Notes: a model not told the origin generated them from the sequence alone. A stretch of DNA of 64,000 nucleotides from Octopus sinensis (GCF_006345805.1 NC_043001.1:23746001-23810000); one strand, 5' to 3'. Shown: positions 25,500-40,403, counted from the first letter of the stretch. Numbers and translations: made by a program.

Positions 25500-26050
25500 T
25501 GAACCATAATCTGTTACTGCGATGGGCCTTGTTCTAGATGGAGAGCGAGGAATCTTTGGCACTATGCAGTGGCGTCCATTTCGGTGATTGGCTGAGCTTT
25601 CAACACCTAAAGTTAGGTGCTAGACCGTCCAAGACTCTCCATGTACACATGGCTGCATACCTACTGCGTTTTCGCTCACAAGAGCAGAGCCTCAGTTCTT
25701 ATAATCTCTCTCAATAGTCATCTGTTGCACTGAGAACATATTCTTGGTGTAAATGCTTTGGGTTTCCACGAGCTTCGCTGATAGTTGAACGTTATGTAGA
25801 AGACTTAATTGAGAGAATTAGTCTAGGTAACTGAGACCAAATGTTCCCAGCAGAATCAGCACAATTTCCCTTTTTCTTGCTCGGAATGATCTCAGAATCT
25901 AACCGACTAGTTGCATGCACATTGTTGCCATCTTAGTATAAGCTCTCGCACAGAATGATGCATCTAACTCAGGAAGATTTCTGGATCGCACTATGAATAT
26001 AGCTTCGGGCTGCCGATTCCCTCTGATCCTGTATTTTCTGATTGCGATCT
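25500..26050 (-). pseudogene. Old degenerate CR1-type LINE ORF2 fragment
   Basis: Minus-strand ELRLCSCERKRSRYAAMCTWRVLDGLAPNF and NGRHCIVP align with [30 protein letters not shown] and TGRHCVVP in 47827-48837. Confidence 0.7.
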
Positions 26051-26119
26051 GCTTCTGGGTCGACAGATAGATAGATAAGATAGGTAGATAGATAGATAAG
26101 ATAGATAATCTATCTATCT

Positions 26120-26529
26120 CGGCGAGCTGGCAGACACGTTAGCACGCCAGGCGAAATGCGTAGCCGTATTTCGTCTGTCATTACATTCTGAGTTCAAATT
26201 CCGCCGAGGTCAACTTTGCCTTTCATCCTTTCGGGGTCGATAAATTAAGTACCAGTTACGCACTGGGGTCGATATAGTCGACTTAATACCTCTGTCTGTC
26301 CTTGTTTGTCCCCTCTATGTTTAGCCCCTTGTGGGTAATAAAGAATTAGGTATTTCGTCTGTCGTTACGTTCTGAGTTCAAATTCCGCCGAGGTCGACTT
26401 TGCCTTTCATCCTTTCGGGGTAGATAAATAAAGTACCAGTTTCGCACTGGCGTCGATGTAATCGACTTAATCCCTATGTCTGTCCTTGTTTGTCCCTTCT
26501 ATGTTTATCCCCTTGTGGGTAATAAAGAA

Positions 26530-26531
<2 letters not shown>
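26120..26531 (+). mobile_element. SINE family A dimer between GATA/CTAT microsatellites
   Basis: One head, junction aagaattaggtatttcgtctg. Confidence 0.85.
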
Positions 26532-26604
<73 letters not shown>

Positions 26605-27274
26605 GACTTGGCTTTAGTTTTAAAGTGATTCTGTAGAAAGTGGCAATAAAACTTATTTCCCGTTTAATCTATTTTCCCTGTTTCATGTATTTGCCATAAT
26701 TCGATTAATTGCCGATTTGAACAGCAGATACTACGATGAAATTTTTTTCCCGTTCAACTACTTTCAATACATTAACACCAAACGTATCTCAAAGGTGTAC
26801 GAACTCCCCCTTCTCTCTCTCTCTCTCACACACCATACACACAAACATGCCGTAAGGAGAATACAGAAGACAGGAAACAACGCTTTCCTATAAAGAATAA
26901 CACACACACACACATTCTCAAGCATATATATTTATATATATATTGCCCAATTTTCAAATATTGACTCAATTACTACAGATTTTGTACCAGCTGTAATAAA
27001 GGTCGTACGAGGACATCAAGAACGAACTAAATCTTTTTTTCATATTGTAAACATGAACATGATATTCTCACATGTGACTCTATAACCTTCTTCCTTTAAA
27101 TTATTATAAATATTTCGAATATTGGTTATAATTCGATTAATTATTGATTTAAGCAGCTGCTATGTCGATCAGTAATTTTTTTTCAGTGCACATGCTTTAC
27201 GTCTATAGTTTACGATAAACTGATACATAACCTGCAAATCAAATTTTTGCAAACAGAGACAAGTGCATAATATT

Positions 27275-28250
27275 CTTTTATTCTTTTACTTGTTTCAGTC
27301 ATTTGACTGTGGCCATGCTGGAGCATCACCTTTAGTCGAACAAAATCGATCCCTGGACTTATTCTTTGCAAGCCTAATACTTATTTCATCGGTTCTTTTG
27401 CCGAACCGCTAAGTTACGGGAACGTAAACACATAGTATCGGTTGTCAAGCGATGGTGAGGGGACAAACGCAGACACACAAGTACATAGTCTCTCATTATG
27501 TGTTTACGTATTTTTCACTCGTTGGTGATGTTCCGTTCTTATTGTATCTTTTTGAAATTTGTCCTGTATTTATCCCTCGCGTGTTTACGTATTTCACACT
27601 CGTTGGTAATGTGTCGTACTTGATGTATTATATATATATATATATATAGATAGATAGATACACGACGGGCTTCTGTCAGTTTCCATCTACCAAATTCATT
27701 CACAAGGCTTTAGTCGACCCGAGGATATAGTAGAAGACTCGTATTTCTTTACTGCCCACAAGGGGCTACACACAGAGGGGACAGACAAGGACAGACAAAG
27801 GGATTAAGTCGATTATATCGACCCCAGTGCGTAACTGGTACTTAATTTATTGACCCCGAAAGGATGAAAGGCAAAGTCGACCTCGGCGGAATTCGAACTC
27901 AGAACGTAGCAGCAGACGAAATACCTATTTCTTTATTACCCACAAGGGGCTAAACACAGAAGGGACAAACAAAGACAGTCAAACGGATTAAGTCGATTAC
28001 ATCGACCCCAGTGCGAACTGGTACTTATTTAATCGACCCCGAAAGGATGAAAGGCAAAGTCGACCTCGGTGGAATTTGAACTCAGAACGTAATGACAGAC
28101 GAAATACTGCTAAGCATTTCGCCCGGCGTGCTAACGTTTCTACCAGCTCGCCGCCTTAGTAGAAGACTCTTGCCCAAGGTGTCGCACAGTGGGACTGAAC
28201 CCGGAACCATGTGGTTGGGAAGCAAGCTTCTTACCACACAACCAGTCCCA
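27275..28250 (-). mobile_element. SINE family C with a nested family A dimer (27742-28157)
   Basis: TSD-like tagtagaagactc on both sides of the nested dimer. Confidence 0.8.
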
Positions 28251-28684
28251 TAAACTTAATGCGTGTATGAAGCAGTGATGAACATATATAGAACAGAGAA
28301 TGCAAAAGCGACGAAGTAATGATGAACGCATAGGAAACCGAATGCAATACTGAATGTGATATTATTGTTATACGAGCAGGCTAATTGTGCAATGTTGGAA
28401 CATACATGTAATGCGATGATGCATTTGCAGAGTGAAAGCACAGAAACACACACATACACACGCACACACATTAATTAAAAAGGAGATGTATATTGAAAAT
28501 GAACGCAAAATATAATCTTCATCATTATTGGTGATAGGCTTTGCTAACTAAACGGAATCTGTGAAAGAAAACTTGAAAATGGGTAGAGAGAGGGAGAAGA
28601 AAAGTTTTTGAAAGGAAAGAAAATTTATGGAAGAAAGAGACTGAAAAAAAAAAAGCAAATTCATGAAGGAACGAAATATTGATT

Positions 28685-28880
28685 TCAAATTTTGCCAGAA
28701 GGCCAGCAATTTAGGGGGAGGTGGATAATCGGTTACATCAATCTCAGAGTTCTTCTCTAATCTCGAAAGGATGAAAAGCAAAGTCGGCCTCGGTGAACTT
28801 TGAACTCAGAACGTAAGGACAGACGAAACGCCGCTAAGTAATTTGCCCGGAGTGCTAACGATTCTGCCAGTTAGCCACAT
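28685..28880 (-). mobile_element. Diverged SINE family A variant with alternative tail
   Basis: Partial homology; relatives at 31170-31372, 33655-33790, 46888-47080 and 63845-63990. Confidence 0.65.
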
Positions 28881-29394
28881 TGAAGGAACAAACTATAAAT
28901 ACTCGAAAGAATCCGTGGTGTCTTCGACTGAAACTCCATTTAAGCTAGGATCTAGAAGTAGGAACTGAACATCCGAAAATGCAGTCATGCTGAGAGCCCC
29001 CCAGAAACCCCATGTGATACAATACTTTCGCCAAATAGCTTGTTGAGCAAGTCCCTTTTCGTCAAACTAATGACATGTCATTTTATAACAATATCAATCG
29101 AGGCCAACTTGAAGCTGTCTTCAAAGAAGATACAGCAAATCACGAAGTAGTGGACCAAGTCGCGCTCAAATAGAAGTGCAGAGGAGAACCTTGGTATTTC
29201 AGTGAGACTGTGGGGAACCTTATTAGGGAACTCCGTGTGAAGAGGCTCCATATACTTGGACTAATGAATCTAGAAACCAACGGTCTCGAGATATACCATC
29301 CATTGTACTTCATATTGGTTAAAGTACCATGAATTCGGATCGAACCAAAAACCACGCAGTTCCGGATCTCGTATTAGAATGTCATACCATAGAG

Positions 29395-29610
29395 CAGTGC
29401 TTTTCAACCTTTTTGCTCGAGCGGAACCCCAAGGAAACATTTCACTGGCTCGAGGAACCAGTATGCAATAATTTAATAGTCTTTTGCACACATATCTGCA
29501 CAGAATTATAAATTACTGCCGATTTTAGCAGTTTTGTAACTTCTTGCGGAACCCCTGGACTGTACTGGCAGAACCCTAAGGTTCCGCGGAACCCTGGTTG
29601 AAAACCACTG
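29395..29610. mobile_element. hAT (Charlie-like) MITE
   Basis: TIR cagtgcttttcaacc / ggttgaaaaccactg; 8-bp TSD ccatagag/ctatagag. Confidence 0.85.
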
Positions 29611-30712
29611 CTATAGAGCAATGGTTGCACAATTTAATTTCCAAATTTCATATTTGGAATTGCAATGTGGGAGAAACAAGAAAATTGTACCTAAAAAAAT
29701 ATTCTTAGTACTTGCTTTTAAGGAGTTCATCAAAACCATATCAATAATTCACAAAATACTGCGCCTGGCAATGGGTTTCATCAGATCAATGAGTTGCTTA
29801 TGACAATTTTGGAGATGGTGAGGGACTTCAGCATTATGTTCTTAATTACAAATAGCATTTTCTTGACTTATCACTGGAATCCACACTTAAAACATGAGCG
29901 AGAGCGGAAGGAAATGAGAACAAATCTGATAAGGGTCATGAAAGAGACTAAGTTTTTTTGGCGCAAATTGTAACCCTAACTTCATTATTTAAAAATTAAC
30001 CTACGGTTGTTCAAAAGTATTTATTAATATGTCATATTTAGTCTCATTTTTCTTATTTAACCTCCAGTTATAAGGAAAAAATATTGAACAATTCTTTTTA
30101 TCCTAGAAGAAATTATTTAACTTCGTGGGCTGGAAGATATGAAGAGGCTATTTCGGGCAACCTCCACCCCTCAAAAGTTCTAGCGCTTTGCAGTTGATAG
30201 AAAAATAGTAAATCTGAATTGAATATTATTCGTATTTTAACAGAAAAAAAACAAAACAAAACAAAATCGAAACCACAAGGAAAAAAAACAAAAAAAACTC
30301 AAAAAGCAGAAAAAATCGAAAACAATTTCTCGTTGCTAAGATTCACAAATTCAGAATTTTGGTTGTAATATCATTTGAAAGGAATTGAATTGTATTTTTA
30401 ACAAAATATATTCACTAAAATATTTTCGAATTTTACATAATGAAAAAATAATTGAATAAAATATCATATTTTACTGCTTAAAATGTAATGAAGAAAACTC
30501 TTCGCAGCCATTCGATCTGCTAGAAATCTCCCAAATCTCCCAAATCTCCCTCAAATCACAACTAACTATTTAAAATCGCAACAACACTATGCGATGACAA
30601 TAGCAACATAAACCAACGAAAATTTCGAAACAAATTGTTATTGAAACGTGGTCACACTAGAAAAAAGAAAGGAAAAAAATGATAAATAAAATTCCTTCTA
30701 CCAAATTAGCAT

Positions 30713-31000
30713 GAAGGCACAAGGCCTAATGGTTACAGCAGCCGAATCGCGATTGAAGGATTGCAAGTTCGAATTTCAGACCGGGCGATGTACGTGTTTA
30801 TGCGCGAAACACCTAAGCTCCACGCGGCTCCGGCAGAAGGTACTGGCGAATTTCTGTTGACTCTTTCGCCATAACTTTCTCTAACTCTTTCCTCTAGCAG
30901 CTCACCTGCGACGGACCGGCGTCCCGTCCTGCCAATGAAACCGAAAAAGCGGCCCTCATGAGCCAGGCATGACTCGAAAAGGAACAAACAACAACAACAT
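30713..31000 (+). mobile_element. SINE with family B head and D-like tail, older copy
   Basis: Homologous to 13997-14290. Confidence 0.7.
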
Positions 31001-31715
31001 ACCAAATTAGCAGGCCTCAATACAAACAATCAAATACCTATATACAGTACCATAGTAAACAATTCTTGGTCAAGATGCCCCTCACTGGGATCGAAACCAG
31101 AACCACATAATTACGATGTGAATTTTATATCACATAATCATGCTAGCACTGTATATTGCTTTAACATTTTGGCGCAAGGCCAGAAATTTCAAAGGTGAGG
31201 ATAAGTCAATTACATCGATCCCAGAACTCAACTGTACTTATTCCATCGATCCCGAAAGGATGAAAGACAAAATCGACCTCGGCGGAATTTGAACTCAGAA
31301 CCTAAAGACGGACGAATTGCCGTTAAGCATTTTTTCGCGGTGTACTAACGATTCTGCCAGTTCACCGTCTTTGCGCAGTATTTTATCAATAAATCCGTTG
31401 ATGTTCTCGAGAATGATACGAACTTCATTTAATCTTCACTCATAAAAATCCAAGTTAGCATTGAAAAGATAAGTACTCAATAAACCAGGATTGTTAGATA
31501 TTTCAGTTTCAAACCAGAACTATTTCATTTTCACTTGTGACTTTAGGAATACACAAGAATATCAGTGAAGTTCACTTTGCAAGTACTTAGTTCTTGGTAA
31601 CATCCAATTGCGTAGCAGTTTGAGCAATTGTTTTCTTCCATAGCTTTGAATTAAACAATGTCATGCGAGTGGAATTTGGTGGATGGAAACTGAATAAACA
31701 TCTCGTATTTGTCTG

Positions 31716-32117
<402 letters not shown>

Positions 32118-33457
32118 CCTAGCTGTCTGTCTGTCTATTGTCATATAAGTTTTCATAAGTCATAGAAAACAGCCACCCATATATTAACAGTATTAGCAGT
32201 GTGGCTATATTATATAATAATATAAATCTAGTTTCATAACAGCCAATTTCTGCTACAAAACAGTTTCATGACTCCCACTTGTGAAGAGATAAATTAACAA
32301 TCATCGGACATGGTTGAAAAGAAAAAAGTATAATTTTGGCTCTTTGTTACTGGAGACCAGAAACCACACCTGTCCAGTTTATTGACTACAAAGATGTTGC
32401 AAAAACAAAACAAAACAAAACAAAAAAGAAAAAAACAATGAAACAAAACAAAACAACAATAAAACAAAATAAAAGCACAGAAAACAAACCCAACACCAAA
32501 CTCATGAATGAGAAAACAAAGAAAAAAATGGACGAAGAAAATAAAACCTGCTTCTGAAGCCCAACAGAGTTATATTCTTTAGATTGGTCCCGTTTGGCTA
32601 GTGACCTACTTATCAGCATTCAAATGACAATTTTCCGCTCCAGTTTTTCGCATTTGTGATAGAGGGATGAAGAGAAGTAAAGGTTAAACAGAGAGGGTGA
32701 GGTAGGAATAGTGAAAAAGACAGAGATATGGGAGAGAGGTAGGAAGATGTTTGGGAGAGAGATGGAGATGGTTTTTTTGATGAGTATATGTAGTCAGGTA
32801 TATGTATGAGTACGTGCTTGCATGAGTTTAACTCCTCATTTATAGTTAGAAGAGTATTAACAGAGGAAGGGGAACTTTTAATTTAATGTTTGTCTAAGAC
32901 ACATCTTTTCCCATCTGGAGATGGATTCATCTCCAAATTCATATCATTGAGGATGCACAAAATTAGGAATTGAGCCGAGCCAGATATCAACAAATGCCAG
33001 TGTTACTTTCTCAATTGGCTTACTAGGCAAGGTTGCCAACTGCTTTCTCTTAACCGTAACTGTACAGCATCGCATCAAAATTATGAATACATAGGCGGGG
33101 GACTGATTCTGCATCTGTTAATATGATCCAGCACCATGTTAGTTATCGAGGACAACTAATAACCCCAAGAGCCCCATCCGCGCTCAGCAGCCACTCCACG
33201 TCAGTTTGTAACGCAGGTTATCGCTTGAGTGGGAAATGGCCAGTAAGAATTCTTACAGAGAATTGGTAAACCCTCTTCCAATTCCTTCACGAAGCACTCT
33301 ATCACAATCCTTCTTTACCTCCATTTCATAAACGTGTTTTCTGTATAACCACTTGCCTGAAATTTTTAGATTGATTATTTCATATGAAAATCTATTCAGG
33401 TTTGTTGCCTAGTAACAGTGGTTTAATATCATAGACTTCTCTCTTTCTCTCTGTCTT

Positions 33458-33496
<39 letters not shown>

Positions 33497-34369
33497 TTAT
33501 CTCTCCCTCTCATTTCTTATACATGGGTAGTCACTCTCTTCCTTGGCGTGTGCACTCAAAAATATTACTGCAATATTATTTTAATAATTTACAATCGACT
33601 CTTCTCAGCTGAGTGGTTTTTAACTATTTTTATCTGGAATTCTTTCTTATTTTGGTATATGGCCAGCAATTTGGAAGGGTGGAGAAGTCGATTACATTGA
33701 CCTCAGGGTCCAAGTGGTACCTCGAAAAGATGAATGGCAAATCAACTTCGGTGGAATTCGAACTATTATGTAGCTGTAACGACGGAAATTTCACTCGTAT
33801 TTTGAAACTGCGGTATTTTTGAGAGTTTACAGAAACCAGGAAATACATAATTTCTTTTCAGATTGTATTTTGTTCTGAAACGTTTGAGTTTTGAATTGAT
33901 GTAAAATCTGTATAGGTACTGAAAGTGTAGTCATAAGAAAGAACATCTTTGGAAATAGTAATCGTTTTTGTTTTATCTTTGTTATTTCTTTTCTTTATGA
34001 GTTATTTATTATTTTTGTTTTTACGTCAAGAAGTGGACGTGTTCTAGAAAGAGTTACATACAATTGTCCTTGAGAAAAATTCTAGTTCACTTCCATTGTG
34101 ACTATGTTATTGAAATTATATTAAAATGTGTTGAACGAAAATGTCTATAGCAGACGTTTTAATCTGTCTTAAACTATGGAATGAAATAGAAGCCATAATT
34201 GTCTGCAATGTTTTTTTTATTACCATGACATTTGTAACACTTTAACAAACCGTAAAGCGAAGTACTATATTCGTATTTTCATCCCCGAGAAAAGTGTATG
34301 CGGCTGACATCAACCAATGGTCTTAGTAAACGAAGTAAAGCAGTTTCCCCATTGAACTGTGGATAAAAA

Positions 34370-34620
34370 AAACCGTGTGACAGACCCCATGGCAGGTCCC
34401 GCATCAGATGGCTGGTCAGGATTAAAGAAGATCCCTAGAGGCCCAACGTCATTTTGAAGGATGCAGAGAGGCTGGCACAAGATCACCAGCGATGGGGAGT
34501 ACTGGTGGACCTGGTCGGCTCTACGCACGATGACGCCCCAGGGACCACTAACCTGGGATGACCCCCAGCCTCATCAAACAAGTACACGGAGCAAGAAACA
34601 AGCAAAAGGCAAGCAAGCAT
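34370..34620 (+). pseudogene. RTE-clade LINE 3' end
   Basis: RPHGRSRIRWLVRIKED*...DAERLAQDHQRW is typical of the RTE ORF C-terminus; tail caagca repeats. Confidence 0.65.
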
Positions 34621-34625
34621 ATATA

Positions 34626-35114
34626 CAGGGTGGCCTCAAAAGTAGGTTACATTTAAATTTCTATCTTACAATCATATTGTTCACAAATGTCGTAGCCACT
34701 AAGATCTCATTTTTTTCAGTCACAGAAGTCTTAGGGCAACCAGATTTTGGTGCATTACTCACTGAACCCGTGCTATCAAATATATTTCTTATCTGATAAA
34801 TTGTCCGGTGTGAAGGTGGAGGAGAGTGGAGTGGAAGGCTTCTTGCCGTGCTGTACGCACCTGCTCGGCATTTTCAGACTTCCGATACTGTTTTAATATC
34901 CACTTTCTTTGCTCTTGATTTAAATTGTTTGCCATGGCTCCCACTTTACAGAACTTGTAAAAGAAAATACAAATTGAAAAGGGAGCTTGACAAAATTAAC
35001 TAAATTAGCATAGAATAATGGTTTTATATTTTTTATAATTAAGATCTAAACTGTTAATATATGAATGCGAAAGAGATAGTTGAATAACTGTAAACCTGCT
35101 TTTGGCCTAACCTG
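34626..35114 (-). mobile_element. Deleted Tc1/mariner element with N-terminal HTH remnant
   Basis: Imperfect TIRs, TA flanks; minus strand MANNLNQEQRKWILKQY...IYQIRNIFDSTGSVSNAPKSGCPKTS. Confidence 0.7.
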
Positions 35115-35152
35115 TATGTATATATATATATATATATATAATATTATATATA

Positions 35153-35183
<31 letters not shown>

Positions 35184-35390
35184 CAGGGTGTCCCAGAAGT
35201 CGCGCACCATTCTGGTTTTCATTTAAAATAATTAAAGCATTTTATTTTATTACATTTTTTCTGCATGTTTTATTGTAGAGGCTGCTCATTTGAGCATTAG
35301 TTACGATTAATTTTAATAAAGTGTTTTTGAAATCAATAAGGGTGTATTCTTTTAAAAAACTAGGATGTGTGCAACCTCTGGGACACCCTG
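35184..35390. mobile_element. Tc1/mariner-type MITE inserted in (TA)n
   Basis: TIR cagggtgtcccaga / tctgggacaccctg, TA flanks. Confidence 0.85.
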
Positions 35391-35413
35391 TATATATATA
35401 TATATATAATATA

Positions 35414-35457
<44 letters not shown>

Positions 35458-35497
35458 ATATATATATAGATATATATATATATATATAATATATATA

Positions 35498-35539
<42 letters not shown>

Positions 35540-35586
35540 ATATATATATTATATATATATATGTATATATATATGTATATATATAT

Positions 35587-35619
<33 letters not shown>

Positions 35620-35622
35620 GTG

Positions 35623-35654
<32 letters not shown>

Positions 35655-35710
35655 ATATATATAATATATATATATATAATATATATATTATATATATATA
35701 TATATATATA
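35391..35710. repeat. (TA)n microsatellite
   Basis: Direct reading. Confidence 0.95.
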
Positions 35711-36053
35711 CCTTCGAAACACGCTAGAGTTGAACTAGAGACAGCTGATGAAGGGGATTTTTCCTTGTGTAGTTTGTCTTGTACTCTGTTTTTCTGTTGT
35801 AAAAAAATGGTTTGTTCCATGCTTGTTTTTTCCGTTTTCGTTTCTCGTTGAGTTCTACGTCTAGTTGTGGTGTCCTGTACTCACGTATTTATATTTATAT
35901 ATGCATGTATATATACATGTAGATGTAGGTAGTACATATATGTTTGTATGTATGCATATATTTTATTTATTACACTATTGTTTGACAGCGCCCTCGCGTC
36001 GATTCGATTCGATTCGTTCGTTTCGTTCCGTTCTTATTCTCCAAGTACTGTTT

Positions 36054-36153
<100 letters not shown>

Positions 36154-36841
36154 ATGTATGGTATACACACACACACGCACACTAATGAAAGTAATTGCTT
36201 AACAAAACACACACGCTCACATACACAGACATATATAATCTCATACTTTAAGATAATCATTTCCCAGTCAATTGTTTTACGAAGAACATAAATGTGTCTA
36301 CAACAGATTATTTCTTCAACATTATTCCATAGTTAGACGATATATGCGTAGACTTAAGAAAATAATATTACAGATGTATGGAAGTGTTCCACATTTTAGT
36401 GGATTTGTAGATTATTTTCCAACTCGCTTGAATGATGTGTGGAAAAATGAGAGAAGCCTACTTAAACATAGATTTAGAAAAAAAGAGAAAAGAAAAAAGA
36501 AAATCATCAGTGTTTACAGACATCTGAAGCTATACAAAACTCTCTCAGTTAGACTATTTACATATCAAGTCAAAGCTAGACTACTTGATTTAGTGAAGTA
36601 AGAGATTTTAGCGTAGGACAAGTAACTCCACATTAAGCTGATTTAATTCTGATAAAGTAGACAGGGAAGTCAATGCCGCCGAATTGAAAATTGATTAAAA
36701 TTAATTAAAAATAGAATAGCATCAATGCACCAGGGAGTGAATGTACTCTTTGAAATGTATGGTGACATGTTTTACTAATATTAGATTTTCTCAGCGAAGT
36801 AAAGTTTTTAAGAGTTCTGTCAAATCTTATGATGTATAAAA

Positions 36842-37073
<232 letters not shown>

Positions 37074-37382
37074 AGATAAATGAAAGAATGGAGTCGAACG
37101 ACGATTTAACAAAATTCCTTTATTCTCGACATTTGTTTCGAAGACTGCATATTTTTAATTCCGAAGGGATAAATTTCCACACGAAAGCACGTGATTTCTG
37201 CCCTTGGCATGTAGCTTCAACCGTGCTTTCTGACGTAAATTTGCTACCCGGGTATCGGTTAACCGAATTATCCATACTAGGATAATTCATTCAACTACTT
37301 AAACACACACACACACACACAACACACACACACACACACCACACACACACACACACACAACACACACACATATACATATATA

Positions 37383-37423
<41 letters not shown>

Positions 37424-37937
37424 TTCAGCAAAATTTAGATTCAGATGAATATGGTACTTAAGTTAAAGGCACCAGAATTTTGTATGGTATTATCCATATA
37501 AATCAAATGGGGTGATTATAATCAAAATAAGCAACAAGTATATCCAAGGTAGAGTAGTACAATTGTTTCATGCTACTTCATTTTTATTAAACACTGTAAA
37601 TATTACATCAGTTTTAAAATGTCGAGCAATCTTCAGCCACATGTAGAATTTTCCAATTAAATGGGCAATGCACATTCTTATCCCTATTTCATTTGCCAAC
37701 AATTCTATAAGTGGCACGCACACACTCACACACAGACACATAATTTCTGCTAATAACATATAGTTATTCCTTATTCTGCTACTTGTTTCAGTCATTGAAC
37801 AGCGGCCATGATGGGATACTGTCTTGAAGATTTTAGGAAAACAACTCGAACCTGTTCATAAAGAAACCAACTCCGGTTGTGAAGTGGTGTGGGGTAAAAT
37901 GGACAGACAGACAGACACACATACACGCAACAGAAAA

Positions 37938-38324
37938 CTCTCTTACTTGTTTCAATCATTTGACTGCGGCCATGCTGGAGCACCGCCTTTAGTCGAGCAA
38001 ATCGACCCCGGGACTTATTCTTTGGAAGCCCAGTACTTATTCTATCGGTCTCTTTTGCCGAACCGCTAAGTGTCGGGGACATAAACACACCAGCATCGGT
38101 TGTCAAGCAATGCTAGGGGGACAAACACAGACACACAAACACACACATATATATATATACATATATACGACAGGCTTCTTTCAGTTTCCGTCTACCAAAT
38201 CCACTCCCAAGGCATTGGTCGGCCCGGAGCTATAGTAGAAGACACTTGCCCAAGATGCCACGCAGTGGGACAGAACCCGGAACCATGTGGTTGGTTAGCA
38301 AGTTACTTACTATACAGCCACTCC
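37938..38324 (-). mobile_element. SINE family C
   Basis: Homology to 24950-25314. Confidence 0.85.
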
Positions 38325-38917
38325 TATTTCTTTACTGCCCACAAGGGGCTACACACAGAGGGGACAAACAAGGACAGACAAACGGATTAAGTCGATTATA
38401 TCGATACCCAGTGCGTAACTGGTACTTATTTAATCGAACCCGAAAGGATGACAGGCGAAGTCGACCTCGGCGGAATTTGAACTCAGAACGTAGCGGCAGA
38501 CGAAATATGTTTCTTTACTACCCACAAGGGGCTAAACACAGAAGGGGACAAACAAGGACAGACAAACGGATTAAGTCGGATATATCGACCCCAGTGCGTA
38601 ACTGGTACTTATTTAATCGACCCCGAAAGGATGAAAGGCAAAGTCGACCTCGGCGGAATTTGAACTCAGAACGTAACGGCAGACGAAATATGTTTCTTTA
38701 TTACCCACAGGGGGCTAAACACAGAGGGGACAAACAAGGACAGACATACGTATTAAGTCGATTACATCGATCCCAGTGCGTAACTGGTACTTAATTTATC
38801 GACCCCGAAAGGATGAAAGGCAAAGTCGACCTCGGCGGAATTGAAAGATTTACGGCAGACGAAATACCGTTAAGCATTTCGCCCGACATGCTAACGTTTC
38901 TGCCAGCTCGCCGCCTT
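38325..38917 (-). mobile_element. SINE family A trimer
   Basis: One head and three ~180-bp units. Confidence 0.9.
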
Positions 38918-39209
38918 GAACAACAGAGAACGTTTCCGTCTACCAAATTCTCTCACAAGGCATGAGTCAGCTCAAGGACTTGAGGAAAAGAAGAGAATAC
39001 ACTTGGCACACAGTGCCACACAGTGGGACTGAAACCACAGAGCTGCGAAGCGAACTTCTTAACTATCTCACCATACCATACCATGTTCTAAATATCTATT
39101 ATTTGACTGTTTACCTTTGAATGACTACAAGACTTTTGAGATTAAAGAGTGATTTAAACAGTGACTAAACACCATAACACCATACCCATACAACACATAA
39201 TTCTATTTT

Positions 39210-40060
39210 TCGTTTTTGGATTTGATTTGCAAGATTCTTTATATAAGTTCGTGTGTTGAAGCATATTCTGTTGTGTCTGGGGAGAGTCATTTTTTTTTGT
39301 GTGCCTTATAATGTAACACACTCACCGGTAAAATTTCCACTTATCAAGGCGTCGAGCTGGCAGAATCGTTAGTACACCGGACGAAATGCTTAGCGGTATT
39401 TCGTCTGTCGCTACGTTCTGAGTTCAAATTCCGCCGAGGTCGACTTTGCCTTTCATCCTTTCGGGGTCGATTAAATAAGTACCAGTTACGCACTGGGGTC
39501 GATGTAATCGACTTAATACCTATGTCTGTCCTTGTTTGTCCCTTCTATGTTTAGCCCCTTGTGGGTAGTAAAGAAATAGGTATTTCGTCTGCCGCTACGT
39601 TCTTGAGTTCAAATTCTGCCGAGGTCGACTTTACCTTTCATCCTTTCGGGGTCGATAAATTAAGTACCAGTTACGCACTGGGGTCGATGTAATCGACTTA
39701 ATACCTATGTCTGTCCTTGTTTGTCCCTTCTATGTTTAGCCCCTTGTGGGTAATAAAGAAATGGGTATTTCGTCTGTCGCTACGTTCTGAGTTCAAATTC
39801 CGCCGAGGTCGACTTTGCCTTTCATCCTTTCGGGGTCGATTAAATAAGTACCAGTTACGCACTGGGGTCGATATAATCGACTTAATCCGTTTGTCCTTGT
39901 TTGTCCCTTCTGTGTTTAGCCCCTTTTGGGTAGTAAAGAAATAGGTAAAATTTCCACTTATTTCCTATTTTTATTTTCCTAAAATTTTCGTTGCGTCTTG
40001 CAACCTTTTCAGTAGTCTTGACTCCATAAGGCACAAAAAGAAAATGACTCTCCCCAGACA
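39210..40060 (-). mobile_element. Hammerhead-like element (5778-6091 family) interrupted by a SINE A trimer
   Basis: Same sequence as 5778-5955; minus strand ctaCTGAAAAggttgcaagacgcaacGAAAattttag; short inverted piece at 40026-40060. Confidence 0.7.
39345..39943 (+). mobile_element. SINE family A trimer with a single 18-bp TSD
   Basis: TSD ggtaaaatttccacttat at 39327-39344 and 39944-39961. Confidence 0.9.
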
Positions 40061-40403
40061 TAATTCTATTGTTCATTGAATTCTAGTGCGTATTTCACGT
40101 GCACTTTTGTCACACGAGCGTCACGTGTATTTGCCAATAAATACACGAGATTCTACCTCGTAAAACACCTTCAGCTGAATAAATTGGAGTTGATTAATAT
40201 ATTGCAGTCGTGTTCCTCCTTGTCTGGAGGGGTTGGTATCGGGGAGCGGATGGGAGATTTCATGACAGAATTACTGGATTGTGAAAGATTTACTGATTCC
40301 AGAAAGATGTAACGACAATTGCGTTGTGTGAATGGACCACAGTAATTGTAAAATTTCTCCTATGTTATTTGTTATTACATATTCAATGTCAAAAATTTGA
40401 CAT

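Noticed and set aside
28900-29360. Possible exon or degraded LINE linker (PWYFSETVGNLIRELR)
   Set aside because: Stops and frameshifts, no diagnostic motif, no convincing splice context.
38246-38794. Recurrent RNWYLIYRPRKDERQSRPRRNLNSER peptide ORFs
   Set aside because: Antisense translations of SINE family A; no coding evidence.
38325-39943. CRISPR-like or regularly spaced array
   Set aside because: Units are contiguous ~180-bp SINE bodies without unique spacers, in eukaryotic context with no cas genes.
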